DNA of 64,000 bases from Caecitellus pseudoparvulus (GCA_965644315.1 CBFFRQ010000065.1:310001-374000); one strand, 5' to 3'; shown: positions 36,001 through 49,362, counted from the first letter of the stretch. Notes: generated by a model from the letters alone, not told the origin. Numbers and translations: made by a program.

Positions 36001-39000
36001 CGCTTGTTAGCGGCCCCCAGTAGTCCGCTGTCTTTCCAGGTGGAACAGAGAGACATGTCCCAGCATGATCCTCACCGAAAGACACAAACAGTGCACTCGT
36101 AGAGTCATTCGATACCTGGACTGTTGGATGAATGGACACCTCTAGGAGGGGCAAGACGTCTTCACAAGTGCCATCCACCCATGCTCCGCGGTCAGCGACT
36201 CGAAGCACACCAAACTGGGGAGCCCCCGAGCACTCATCTAGGGACACTAGCTGCAGAAACGTGTTGGGTTCTGTATGAGGGTCAAGAAGAAGGGCGCCAG
36301 AACCGGGTATCGCGGGGTGTGCTGCGAGGGCAAGGTCAATGCTGGAGCCGACACGGACTTGATCCCAAGCCCGCCCATGTACTCTAGCAAGCACAGCAAG
36401 AGTAGCATGAAGCTGGTCCATGGCAGCAGGGGATGGGCTTGCAAAGTGCACACGCCAGTCGTGTGCCTGCAGCAAGCCGGAAGCGGGAGGGCAAGGGAGC
36501 AGCTCGGAGGCAGACGAAAACTTCGCGCGAAGGCCAGCAAGTGGCAGCTCAACGAGCGGAAGCAGTGAAACATGCAAGCATCCTTCAGCCCACTTGCACA
36601 CTGCCGCGAGAACAGACGCTCCTTCGCCAGCTTGTGGGCCCACTCCAAGCACTGCATGGCCTGACGAAGGTGAGGTTGTTGCCAAGGTAGAGAGGTCGAG
36701 GAGGACAGTTTGTGTACCGTCAAGGCAGGCAACAAGTGGGTCGCTTGGGGAGCGCAAAATATGGCACGATGTATGAGGTGGAAGTCCTGAAGCGCCATGG
36801 CTAAGAGATTGCAGTGAAACCTTCGCCCGGGTCTTATTGTGCAGCACCCATTCGCCTCGAATGTTGAGACACCCGTCGCTCACTGCAACAACCACTGCGC
36901 AGTCCTCAAGCTGCATGCTCACACCAGAGGGGTTGAAAGCATGAGGAGCGCTCCATGTACAGCTGCTGCCAGTATCCTTAGCAATGCGACAAGTCCACTC
37001 ACCCTGAGACAGTTCACTCTCCAGACCTGGGATGGTAACGGTAGTATCTCTGCGACCGGCCAAAGGAATCTGCAACTCATGCTGCGACGACGCCAACCGC
37101 AAGACCAAGTCCAGCTTGGTGTGGTTCATAATATGAAAGCCTGATCTAAAAGCATTGCCGCGAAGGCACGATACGATGCTGTCAATTGCAGCGATGCGTG
37201 CTGGGCTAACTTCCAAGTCCAGGCTTTTTGCATGCACGTGGGTTGATGAGGCAAGTACGGTTGCCGCACTGCATACCGAGAGTGTGTCAGCTGGCAGCCA
37301 CTCTCCGTCGCTATCTTCATCCAGCAAGAGCTGTGTGGATCCCAGACTTGACCCGCCAATGTGGGTGGCTCGGCTCTGACGACAGCCAAGAGAGCTCACC
37401 ACGGCAATGGGCAGCTGCCTCCCGGACGTGCCTTGCAGCACCCTTAGGTGTGCCTCTTCGAAGCAAATCGTTTGGGTGCATGGCAGCGACAGCGGGCCTG
37501 CTCGCATTCCTGAGTCAATGCTCAAGCGGGAGGAGTGGACTTCAACACACGTGAGAGGCACGTTCTGGTGAACCAGCTGTGCCTCAACAGAAGGAACTTG
37601 CAGTTGGATGAGCGTTCGCAAGGCAGGTTGGCCTGCACCATCCACCTTGAAGCGGCATGATTCCACAATACCCCGGCCCAGAGCTGGAACAAGGCTGTGT
37701 GAGAGGAAAACGTCTGCGACATCACACGGGTCTACACTGTCGTCAATAACTGGAAGGTTCCCACCTACGAGTTGCACTGCTCCCTCCAAATCCCACATGA
37801 TGCGCCACGCAGAAAACACAGCCCTGGGTTGTGCTGCACACACACCTTCTGAGCTCCATGCTGTGTCGCTGGCGTGCATGGTCCACTGCCACCTCACCGC
37901 GCTTTCCCACTGTACGCTCCCTCCTGCTGGCTGACTATGCAGCGGAATCTCAAAGGTGCTCACTTCAATGAACCTGTGGTGGGCTGCTGACCAACCCAGT
38001 AGGCGGCAGGCAATAGTCTGCAGCCGAGACGCCCCGCGCTTTGCACTGGAGAGCCTTGCGAGTCGCCACTGGTCAACGTCAACTGGCTGTCCCGGCAATG
38101 CACTCCGTAGGTTACCACTGTTGTCATTGTGGCGCTCACGGCAAGTCTGCCAGCCTGACAGCACGTCAAAGAGGGCAGTGCAACGCGTGGACACCTCGAG
38201 GTCAGCAAGGCATACGGGCTTCTCAAAGGACACCAATACGCAGCCCCACCAGCTGGCACTAGGCACACCAGATCGGTGAGTAGTAGCATGCCCCGACATG
38301 CTTGCAGCAAGTTCAGTGCATGCTTGTGCAAGCGCGTCTTCGTGAAGCCCTTGGGCACGCACACCCGGAGCTGCCGTCACTTGAGGCGAATCCTCTGTCG
38401 GCGGGTTCACAACCAGTCCGTCGAACGGCGGTGGTGCTCGGTACAGTGCCCTGGGTAGCACGGCAAAGTGGCCTGCTGGGGCCACCACGGGTGGTGCGCG
38501 GTGCTGGCTCATGCCTGAGGCGGGCAACACGTCAGCTGGGAATGGAGCATCACACGATGCAACCGTCGCCCCCCATGCAGCCAAGGCTCGGGACACAGCT
38601 TGCTTGGTCTGTGGCAAGTGAGATGAATACCTCTCAGCAACAAAGCCGTACTCCAGGGATTGAGCATGTTCCTGAGGGCTCCAGTCGGTCAGGGTGCTCA
38701 GGCTGGGAAAGGAGAAAGTGGGTCTTGGCCAAGTTACAGGCAAAGCGGGCTCGTCAAAAGGCGCTGCTCTTCCCTGTCGTCTGGGAGGCAACGAAGCGAG
38801 AGCTCGTACAACTTCGGTCGGCATGCGAATCTTGCAAGGTGTACTCTCCAGCCACAAGGAACAGAGGTGAGCTCCGGGGCCAGCATGTGTCTGCAACGAC
38901 CCAGAGACATCCACTTTGTCCAGGAGAATGTGCGAGGCGGAGGGAAGAGGTGCATCTGAAATGGAGCAAGAGGCATGCAGGCCTGCCAGTACAAGGATGC

Positions 39001-42000
39001 CTGAGCTTCCTGTCGAGCTAGGCTGCACCACAGCTGAGAAAGAGGATGCTCCGAGCGAAATGCATGCCTGCTGCGCTTCGCTCAGATGGACTCGAAATGA
39101 CATGTCCAAGCCCGCTGAAACAGCCTTTAGCTTGCGCAAGAGCACAGTTCTTGGGGGATGTACAGCCGAACGAGGCTTTCCTTGGGGCTGAGGGGGGATG
39201 AAGGCTGCAACAGCCATTGCGTCCACTCGTGCCGAAAGTGGGGACACCAAGACCGTCGCATGCACCTCGTCCACGTCGGGTGCAACTTTCGTTCGCCGAA
39301 GATCAATTTCGACAGCGTTGCTTCCCTCCCCAGAGGACAACTGGAGAGCACCCGTGCCATGGACTGCTGTGAGCTGAAACTGCAGCTGCTCCACCTCATC
39401 AGTGCGTGCAGTCGAGACCCGCAGGCCCTGCAAGCTCAACTCAGCCGCAGTTTCGAGCTTTCGCATGAGCCGTATGCTCGCCCTGTGCATGACAATTTCT
39501 ACACAAGCAGGGGGTTGAGGGGTAGCTGTCTCTGTCGGGGTTGGCCTTCGTTGAGCTGGCAGCACAGCCAAAAAGCCGTTCTGGATGTCAGACAGGTGAG
39601 GGAGTGTGTGAGCCTCGAGACACACGTTGACTTCATCTGTCTCACTACCAAGGCTCAAGCGTATGCTTTGTTCAAGTGCTGGCCCCCTTGTACTTCGAGT
39701 GCCTTCAAGCCGGAGGGCCAGCACCTCTTGATCGATGCCTTGCAAGCTCGAACGGGCCTGCACTCTTGCAGCAAACCTCAGCGCGGCTTCCGACGCTTGG
39801 ACATCAACCCCTTCCAAGGCCAAGCTCACGGAATCACCTTCTCGTGGGCCCAAGGCTGTGGCTAACACAGAGTTCACACTCCCAACCAATGCAACCGGGG
39901 CGGCTTCCGCTGTGCTTACTTCCGTTCTACCGTTGCCGCTGGAAGGCAGCACAGAGAGCTGGCCAACCAAAGCCTGCAAATCCTTTGGGGCGCACCTGAT
40001 TTCAATGTTCTGCACTGCGAACTGCACCTCGGACTCGCCTGCGTCACTGGAAGACCACTCAGCTTGGGCGGCTGGCCCATCCGAGCAGTGCAGTGAGAGG
40101 ATGGGCTCTTCGCTGACGAGGTGCACCTGAAGCTGGAGCAGCTCAGCTGACAAGTTCCTGGCGGTGGGGTGGCCGTGGAAGGCCAGCTTGGCACCGTGGG
40201 TTTGGATGTACAGAGGTGACAACTCGCGTGCGCTGACGAAGGTCACTTTGCTTGGCCTCACTGACACAGCTAGCTTGTGCGAAACATCCAGTGAGAAGGG
40301 GGCTGCGTTAGCCCTGGTCTGCTGATCGGAGCTTGGCGACGATGACGGGCTCATCATGGACTTCAGCAGCCACAAGAGGCCAGGATTCACCTCCAGGTCA
40401 ACAACGGCTTCAACTGTGTGTTCAATACTGTATCGCTTCCCAGAGAAACCATTCAGGGTGGTCGCCGAGGAGCCAGATACCTGGCATAGTTGTCCGGAAC
40501 TCTGCTGTACGAGCATAACTGCCCAATCAAAGGCCATCATTGCGGGGGAATGAGTGCTATGCCTTGATGCTGCTGTGAGGCCGAATACTTTGATCTGCGT
40601 GGCTCCATCGCCACCAAGCCGAAGCACCCATGGGCTAACGACAGCGTCAAGGCTGGAAGCATGTCCGGAAGCCTGCTCCTTATACGGGGCAACGAGAGCC
40701 TGTTCTAGCCATTCGCACATTTCGCTTGCACTCTCGCTGATGGGGCCCTGCTGCGGCTGGGTTCGGGGCGCGGGTGGAGGAGCGTCAGGCCGCAAAGCAA
40801 CGAGCCCCGCAGCGTCGATGAAGCCTTGGCTTGTTCGAAGGAAGAGGGAACATGAGGGAGTGGTTTTTCCACGCAAAGCTGAGGATGGGACAAGTTGGTC
40901 CGAGGCAGCTTGTCCGGTGGCCTGTTCAGACGGCGCTGCTTGGTTAAACAGCTGAGCAACACTATTCCACGGCAAGCCCAGCGCCTGAGCCTTCGCAGAC
41001 AGCGCCCTCAACTCTGATTTGCCTGCTTGACCCCATTGCACCACAGACCGAGGAGTCGACGTCTGAACGAGTAGGGTTGACAGGGCCAAGGTGTCAAGCA
41101 AAGCGCAGCAGGAAAGTGCGCCGCCACGTGCGGCTTGCCTGGCAGCTGTCGCCCCTGCCATCAGCCCTACCTCCAGTCCGGACACCGCAAGTTGGACGTG
41201 TTGAGTTGGGAATGCAGGCCCATCCGCCTGTCGGAGGGACAGCAGCAGCCTGCTAACTTCTGAACCTTGCCCAGGAATGCTGAGTGTCAGCGAAGCGAGC
41301 GAGCCGCTCACTTGAACAACCTCATCATAAATGAGGTCTGAGGGTAACGCCTCTACGCCGCACGAGAGAGGCTCCACGGTGCCTGGTATGTCAGAGCCGC
41401 CCGCTGTGGGGTGGAATGCGTTGGTTGCAGTGGAGAGCTTGTACGCCAGGAGCAGACCACCAAGCTGCACCCTGGCCATGTGCTCATGAACACCCACGCT
41501 GAGTTCCTCACACTCGAAGTGTGCTTCCAGCTCATCAACTGGTGACTTGTCTTCGATGCTGTCGGGCTCGGATGGCAGAGGCATGGCATGTGCAGAGCCA
41601 TGCTTGCCTGGTATGCTTACTCCTATTGCAGATGGACTCGGCCTGCTTGCTGCAAATGCCATGCCTACTTGTCCCACAGAGACACTTATCGGCAGCTGCA
41701 GTCCAAGGCAGAGCAGCTCTCCGTTGAGCAAGACCGAAGCAGGCTCCATTTGAACGTTGACATGCAAAGAAGGCGGCAGCGGCTGCCTAGGCTTTGGGGG
41801 CACAACTTGGGGGCCTGGCACAGCTCGAGCAGCTCTAAACTTGCTGACACTCGCTTGGATGGAGCGGAAGACCTCCACACTCTGATGGTCGTGAGCCGCT
41901 ACTTGTATGGAGCCTACTGTAGCCTGCAAGCTCAAGCACACCGGGCCGCTCGCGTGAGGCCCGTCCCAGCTATGTGCCTGCAAAGTCGCGCTTGACGTGG

Positions 42001-44130
42001 CTTGAGTAAGAGCAGCCCGCCCGTCGGTCTCTGAGGATGATGACAATGAGCGGCCTGCAAGTCGACTTGCCAAGTCGTCTGACAAGCTCTCTGTGCTCTC
42101 TGTGCGCTGCAGCGGCACTGCGAGCTTGGCTAGCAGGTTTTCTGCTGCGCGCTCATGCACGGCAGCCACCTCAGTCGCAGCGGGGGAGATGGTGCAGACC
42201 CTTCCCTGCAGCGAAACTTGGCGTAGGACCAAGTCATCATCAAAGAGGCTCCAGTGGGAGTACTGGTGCGGTGAGGCAGGTCCTTTCAGCGCCCAGCGAA
42301 GCAAAGGTGCAGAGGACGTGGGAGGGGCAGGCCCGCGAATGGAGAGAGACCCCGCCACTGCATCACGGGGCCCCTGCACAAGCTCCACAGACCCCAACGC
42401 GATGAATGCATCCACAACTTGGCATTCGCTGTCGTGTGCTTGCTGCCCGGAGAACCTGGTGCTCTGCAGTCTGCACTCCAGTGCTGACGCAGCACATCGC
42501 AGTTCCACTAAGCAAACCGGGTGAATGGCTGTTTGTGCTCTGGGCCGGCTGTTCGGAGACACCGCGACAAGCCCCATCCCTCGGACCGGAACATGGATGG
42601 TGCCCGCCTCATCTGGCTCAGCAGCTGCAAGGGGCGCCTCTCCCGCATTGGCCGGCGCACTGGGGTGGTGCAGCAGCTGCACCGATAGGGCATCCAGCCG
42701 AGATCCCATCACGACGATGCGCGGGCCAGTGGGTGCAGCAGGTGCAATCTCCGCTTCATCCTGCTTCACGCGTGCTTCTTCTGGGCTTCCAACTTCGCTG
42801 TCGTCACCATCGTCGTCGCCCACGACGGCGCGCCATGCCCAGCTGAACATGCCTTCACTCTGTGGCTGAGCCACTTCACTTGCAGTCGCCTTCGACATCG
42901 CTTGTTGGGGTGCTCCGTCGCTGGCCTGTGCAGCCGACATCAACGATGCGGCAGTGGCAACGTCCGTGTCTGGTTCGGTCTGATGCTCTTCTGTGGGACA
43001 CCCAGGCTCTAGCAGCAGCGCAGCCATCTCAAGCTGGCGCATGCTGACACTCAAGCGCACAGGCTTGACGTGTACGTCCGCGATGGCCAGCACCGCGTGC
43101 TCCCTCCACGAGCCGTGCTGCATGGCGGCAGGCCAAGGCACGGGGTCATGCGCTGCCAGGATGGAGACGGGGGCAGCGTCACCGCTGGCATCCTTGCCAT
43201 CGCGTGCATCAGGCTTCAAGGCAACAACCAAGCGGCACTCTGCAGAGAACTTGTCTAGAAGAGGTTGTTCGTGGAACACGGCCCCCTCGAGCTTCGCGGA
43301 GTCTGCTGGGCTGCGCGAGTTGCGAAGGCCAGAGTGGCGCGAGTAGTCCAGGCGCAGCACAGCGCCCTCCACCATCAATTGCTTGTGCATGATACCTCGA
43401 GGCCCCTGTGGCTCACAATACTGCACGGTCCACTTGCTCTGGGGCTTGGCACCCCCAGGCAATGGCAGTGTTGGAAGGGTCACCTGGGGCGAGGGTTGGC
43501 AAGAAGCCAGAGACAGCGCTTCCGTCGTCAGCACCATCTCAACATCTCCATGGGTGTATCTGAGCGCCAGGGAGCGCACCGTCACCTGCACGTTGGCCAG
43601 GATGCTCTGCAACGAGGTTTGCAGGAAGCCTGGCAATGCGGTGGAGGCAGACGAGGAAGTGCCTGGCCCGCTTCCCCCACCACGGCTGGACGGTGTGGGT
43701 GTGGAAGCCGCTGCAGTTGATCCCTTGTGGCTCATGGGCGTCTGTGTGGAGAGGGGGGTGGGGCTCTGCCCCCTGCCCACTCGGCACTCGACCCTGCGCA
43801 GCTCCACATGGATGGGCTGGGTGAAGAGAGAGAGCCAGGGAATGCTGATGCGCAGCTCAGCGATCCTTGCTGATACAAAGGACAGTTCGCTTTCAGGGGG
43901 GAGGGCTTCCTGTGCATGCCGAAGCATGGGCTGGCGTGGCAGCACCGGCACCAGCGCGTGGCAACGTGTCTGCTCACATTCAGCGCAGCTGTGTTGACCT
44001 CCAAGTCCCGCAAGACCGGGGAGTCTGTCAAGCCAATGTGCTTTACGTCAATGTTAGTGATGAATCGAGAGAGGTTCTCCAGGACCAGGGACTTGATGAA
44101 GCCCCGGAAGGGCGCGGCGATGTAGTCCAT
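33080..44130 (-). CDS. VPS13: VPS13-family bridge-like lipid-transfer protein (about 3650 aa)
   Basis: Chorein-N: IKSLVLENLSRFITNID..VLRDLEVN, intron, ..FVSARIAELRISIPWLSLFTQPIHVEL..ILANVQVTVRSLALRY. C-terminal VPS13_C/ATG_C-like segments IGALDAIGNPTHFV and GASGLVALPLQ..GAARGLVGAVALPAAGVADAV. Confidence 0.85.
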
Positions 44131-44296
44131 GGCCTGCTACTCGGCGCATGCAATTTCCGCAGGCCAGCGGGGAGCACGCCTTCGGCACGGCCTGGTCCCA
44201 GGCGCCCGGTCTGAGAGTACCACGTTGCAATTGCATTTTTTCGGACTACGTAGTGCACTGGAAGAGCAGAGCTGCGAGGCACCCCCCCCCTGCCAC

Positions 44297-45497
44297 CTAC
44301 ATCCCGGTTGCTTTACTCAAGGATAAGTCGTAGTCTGCGGTGGTGTCGTACTCAATGGTCGGGATGACAGACTGCACAAACTTGAGGAAGAGGAACATGT
44401 ACAGCCCCACCCGTCCCTGCAGCTGCTCTTTGGCATTCGGTACGCCCTCAGCCTCAGCGGCATCCAGCACTGAGCCAAGCAGCCGCTGCATCGTGGCGGC
44501 GTGCTGGCAGGGGTGAATGGAGATGTGCGGCGTGGATGCATCCAGGTGTGGGTGGCTCTCCATGGTCACCGTCTTCTGGACGTAGTCCTGGACTACGTCT
44601 GCCTGCATGTCTTCCGCGCTCAGTGGTCTGCCGTCTTCTGCGGATCCAGTGAGGTACACTCTGGGCGTTCGGTAGAAATTGTCGTACACTACATGCATGG
44701 CATACGTGCGCACGGCTACAATGCCTTGTTCCCCCTCCGCCACACTTGCGGCAGTCAGGTCCACAGCCGCTTCGCTGTCGCCTGGCTGGGCTTCGGCCAG
44801 GTTGTCGTCGTCGAACGTATCCATGTCTAAGTAGTCCTCCTCCTCCTCCTCCTCTTCCTCGGCGGTACCAGCCCCATCAAGATCTGTGACAGCTTCTTCC
44901 GACGTGGCAGCCGTGCTTGAGCCGGCGGGCAGGGGAGGCGGCGCGCCTGCGACAGCACCTGCTTGTGCCACGGCGGCAGCCACAGGCGACACGCCGCTCT
45001 CTCCCTCACGCCCCTGGCCGAACTCCCCCTCCCGAACGTGGGCCATGAGGCCACCGACCTCCGAAGTGATGACTGTGGCGCCGCCCTCCTGCCCGCCCGG
45101 TGCGTGCAGGTCAGCTTCCAGCCAGTCCCCGAACTCACCACCATCTCCCGCTGGTGTTGAGAGGCTCACCTCCCCGCCTAGCGCAGACACGCGCTTCATG
45201 CTCGGCACACTCTTCGAAACCAGGTACTGCTTCTCTTTGGGGAGGAACGGCTTGGCTTTCGAAGCGTCCCCTCGCGCCCTGGCATGCAGAGGCGCGGGGC
45301 GTGTTGGCTTGCGTTTCACGCTTGCGTTTCACGGGCACCACACACCATTCCCACGTCGGGCACTTGGCCACGAGCTCGTCTCCCGCGGCAACAAACTCCT
45401 CAGGAGTCAAGACACCTTTCTCAATGAAGGCAGACGTCGCGAGGGTGGGCATTAGGCTGCTCCGCACCCCCTCGAGCATCGTTCGAAGTGAGGCCAT
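44297..45497 (-). CDS. ATG3: Autophagy E2-like conjugating enzyme ATG3; 2 exons
   Basis: [78 protein letters not shown] (catalytic Cys)..[15 protein letters not shown]. Confidence 0.96.
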
Positions 45498-45899
45498 GAC
45501 CAGCGCTGGCTAGCTCAGAGAATGCCAAGCTGCAGTGTGAAATGAAATCACCGATACCGGTGTGGCCAGCTCTTTGTGTCGGTGTTGGGGTGCATGCTCC
45601 GTGGTTGCTTGCGTTTCTGGGCGCAGTTGTTTTGACGGCGCTTGGCGCTCATCCCAGGCCGCCACGGAGATGCCGCGTTGCTAGGCAACTCTGAGCACTT
45701 GTCCTCTCCCAGGCATCGCTGCATCGTTCACAAATCCTGCACGGCGTCCGACCTGCGCTCTGGCTTCTGCCCTCCCGCACCTCCCTCACCCCTGCTTGAG
45801 AACCTGCGCCCGCAGCAGTGCTGCAACCCTCGCATCGGCTGCAGCGGCACACCAGTTGCAGCAACTCGGCCACTCGGCACTGTCTGCGAAACAGAAAAC

Positions 45900-47702
45900 A
45901 TGCTCAGCCGTACGCTGCAGCGCGTGCCCAAGGCACTGCCGCGTGGATCGCGAGGCATGGCAGTCATCCACAGCAAGTTCCCTGATGTGGAGCTGCCGAA
46001 AGAACCCCTGACAGAGTACATCCTCAAGGTGAGGCGGCAGGTGCAGTGCACTTGGCAGCGGACTGTACCTTCCTTCGGCTCGCCCTGCAGACTGCACACA
46101 AGTACGGTGACAGCCCTGCTTTCACCGATGGACTATCTGGCCGGACCATAAAGTATTCCGAACTTGGTCAGCGTGTGGGAGGCGCTGCCGAGGCCCTGGC
46201 CGCCATGGGCTTTGGAGACAAGGATGTCCTCAACATCCACCTGCCCAACACTCCTGAGTACTGCATCGCGTTCAACGCCGCGGCAGCGCTCGGCGGCGTT
46301 GCGTCCACGTCCAACCCCATGTACACGACAGAGGAACTGCACCGTCAGCTTGTGGACTCTGGTGCAAAAGTGCTGCTGACCGCTGAGCCCTTCAAGGCCA
46401 TGGCTGAGGCGGCAGCGGAAGGCACCAAGGTGCAGCGCATCGTGCTGGCTGGCAGCAAGGACGACTTCACGTTTGCGCCTGGAGTGGAGTTCCAAGGCAC
46501 TGTGCAGCGCGTGTGGGACGACCCCGCAGCTGCCACTGTGGCCATGCCGTACTCCAGCGGCACGACAGGCCCGCCCAAAGGCACGATGCTGGTGCGTTGC
46601 CACGGCCCGTTCCTGGCTGCAGCCAGAGCTCACATGCCCCGCTTTCCCTGCACAGAGCCACCTGAACCTGACCAGCAATGTGAGCCAGATTTCAGACCAT
46701 CCGGAGTTCAACTTGAACATGCGCCCGGGTGACAACGTGCTGGGTTTGCTGCCGTTCCAACACATTTACGGCATGGTGGTGGTGATGCTGGCGTCGTTGC
46801 GAGCGGGTGGCAACGTCGTGACCCTGCCCAAGTTCGAACCCAAGATGTTCTTGGAAGCCATGGTGAAGCACCGCATCAGCTGGGCCCCCCTCGTGCCCCC
46901 CATTATCCTCTTCCTGGCCAAGCACCCCATGGTGAAGGGGTTGGACATGTCAGCACTCCGTGTCATCTTCTCAGGGGCGGCACCGCTGGACAAGGAGACG
47001 CAGGCAGCAGCTGCCGAGCGCCTGGGAGGTGGGGACTTGCATGTCTTGCAGGGCTACGGCATGACGGAGATGTCGCCTGTCTCGCACTTCTGCCACCCGG
47101 GCAAGGGCATGTACAAATCAGGCTCGGTCGGGTTCCTGGTGCCCAACGCACAGGCCCGCCTCGTGGACCCCGAGACGGGTGAGGATGTGCCTGAAGGGCC
47201 GGAACATGCGGGCGAGCTGTGGTTCAAGGGCCCCAACGTGATGCAAGGGTACCTGGGCCGGGAGCAGGCCACTGCTGACACGCTAACCCCCGACGGGTGG
47301 TTGAAGACGGGGGACTTGGTGAGTGTGGACGAGGACGGGTACTTCTTCGTGCGAGATCGCCTTAAGGAGCTGATCAAGTGCAAGGGCTTCCAGGTAGCGC
47401 CTGCTGAGCTGGAGGGGCTGCTGCTGAAGAACCCGCACATCGCTGATGCAGCGGTGATCCCCATCCCCCACCCTCGGAACGGGGAAGCCCCCCTCGCCTT
47501 CGTGGTGCGGGCAGACACGCCGGAGGGCAAGGCCCTCACGGAGGACAGTGTCAAGGCGTTCATGGAGCCTCACATCGCCGACTACAAGCAGCTGGAGGGG
47601 GTGCGGTTCGTCGACAGCATCCCTAAGTCTGCCTCGGGGAAGATTCTGCGCAGGGTGCTCCGGGACCAGGAACGGGCTGAGCGCCAGCGCGGCTCAGCCT
47701 AA
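45900..47702 (+). CDS. 4-coumarate:CoA-ligase-like (ANL family) acyl-CoA synthetase with predicted mitochondrial presequence; 3 exons
   Basis: MPYSSGTTGPPKGTML-SH, LLPFQHIYG, SGAAPL, QGYGMTE, GELWFKGPNVMQGY, GWLKTGD, DRLKELIKCKGFQVAPAELE and IPKSASGKILRR. Introns about 46029-46090 and 46592-46655. Confidence 0.9.
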
Positions 47703-47766
47703 GCGACCACTGGGCAGCAGGCAAATACACTGCATTGTCAGGTTCCGGGTGGCATGCCCAGCGCCC

Positions 47767-49362
47767 TCACCTGGACCGGTCCACCACACGCACGACAAGA
47801 GCTGCGAGGGCGGTGCGGGCAGGGGATGGGGCGAGACCTTCGATGGCGTCCAGGGCTAGCTGGGCATGCGCCAGCGCGAACTGGTGTGTGCGGTCTAGAC
47901 TGCCTGCGGCCCGCACTGCCTGCACCGCTGCCTGCACGTCGCCGGGCCCCTGGAACTGGCGCTGCATCATGTCCAGGACGGCGGGGTGTTGCTCAGAGGC
48001 AAAGAGAACGGGTGCCGTCACCAGGCCCTGGCTCAAGTCGTTGCCGGCGGGCTTGCCCAGGCTCTCCTCGGTGCCTGTGAAGTCCAGCACGTCGTCCACG
48101 AGCTGGAAGCTCAAGCCCAGGTGCTTGCCGTAACCGTAGGCCCACTCCTGCTGGGCCTCTGGCAGGCCGCCCAGTAGGGCAGCCGAGCGGCAGGAATTGG
48201 CCATGAGGCTGCCTGTCTTGTAGAAGGTCTTGCGCATGTATGTGTCGAAGGCGTCCCCCGCCGCAGTGGCGTTGCGCAGGGTGGCTTTCATCTGCATCAC
48301 CTCACCCTTCACCAGGTGCTCGATGACTGTGGACATGAGCTCCACGACAGGCACTGAGCGCAGGCGTGCCAGGCACACTGACGCCCGGGCCAGGAGGAAG
48401 TCCCCTGCCAGGATGGCCAGTTTGTTCCCGAACACGGAGTTCACAGAGGAAACGCCTCGACGCGTGTCGGCCAGGTCGATGACGTCATCGTGCAGGAGGG
48501 AGGCGGTGTGGATCATCTCCGTGATCTCCGCCAGGCGCCGCTGGCTGGCTTCCACGAGTTCCCAGTCAGCCTGCGTTGGCGTGCTGGAGGGCGCCAGGGG
48601 GGTCACCGGTGCGTCCACGGATGGGGCGTGGCTCGCAGGGGTGGGGGGCACAGTGCCGGAGGCTTCTGCCTGGGCGTGTGCGTTGAGCGCGTGTGCCATG
48701 AGCATGACCATGGTGGGGCGCACTTTCTTCCCGCCGTCGTGGTCGAAGAAGTACTTGGCTACGGAGCCCAGGACGGGGTGGTCCACGCCCAGCAAGTCCT
48801 TGATGGTGTCGCTCATGCTGCGCACTTCAGCACCCATGAGGGCAAAAGGATCAGCCTGGTCAAGGTCAGGGAACGCATCCAGTCGCAAGGCGGCGATTCT
48901 GTGCGGGGCGGGGGTCAGAGTGCGATCCCCGGCGACGTGGGGAGGGGGCGCCCACGTGGTAATACGAAGCCAGCGGCGCCAGCCCAGCCCGAACAGGAGG
49001 CTGGCCACGCACGGTTTCACGGGTTCGATGGAAAGATCGGCCATGCTCATTGGATGCGGGATGTCAAGAATGGGTCGATCCTGGGAGGGCAGGCGCACGG
49101 GAGCGCTGAGTGCATGTGTGCAGCCTGCTCTGGCCTCAGCCATGCGGCGGCTGGGGAAGGCCAAACTCCGCACTTCCGGCGTGCCGGCACGTACGATGAG
49201 GCGACTGCCTGAGGGCCCGACACTTTGCTCAAAGGAAGTCATGACAGCTGCCATGGCCTTGCGTTGCAGAAAGTTCGCCATGCCCCGTGTGCAGGCTGGC
49301 TGCTTCGCCACGCTGAGCACAGCTCCGGCCGCCTGCTGAGAGGCGCGTGCGAGGGAAGCCAT
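47767..49362 (-). CDS. COQ1: Trans-polyprenyl (solanesyl/decaprenyl) diphosphate synthase, mitochondrial (COQ1/PDSS1-like)
   Basis: GGKKVRP, EMIHTASLLHDDVID..RRG, GNKLAILAGDFLL, KTFYKT and FQLVDDVLDF..GKP..DL. Presequence-like N-terminus. Two probable in-frame introns in the 5' part. Confidence 0.92.
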   Translation of the reverse strand: MASLARASQQAAGAVLSVAKQPACTRGMANFLQRKAMAAVMTSFEQSVGPSGSRLIVRAGTPEVRSLAFPSRRMAEARAGCTHALSAPVRLPSQDRPILDIPHPMSMADLSIEPVKPCVASLLFGLGWRRWLRITTWAPPPHVAGDRTLTPAPHRIAALRLDAFPDLDQADPFALMGAEVRSMSDTIKDLLGVDHPVLGSVAKYFFDHDGGKKVRPTMVMLMAHALNAHAQAEASGTVPPTPASHAPSVDAPVTPLAPSSTPTQADWELVEASQRRLAEITEMIHTASLLHDDVIDLADTRRGVSSVNSVFGNKLAILAGDFLLARASVCLARLRSVPVVELMSTVIEHLVKGEVMQMKATLRNATAAGDAFDTYMRKTFYKTGSLMANSCRSAALLGGLPEAQQEWAYGYGKHLGLSFQLVDDVLDFTGTEESLGKPAGNDLSQGLVTAPVLFASEQHPAVLDMMQRQFQGPGDVQAAVQAVRAAGSLDRTHQFALAHAQLALDAIEGLAPSPARTALAALVVRVVDRSR

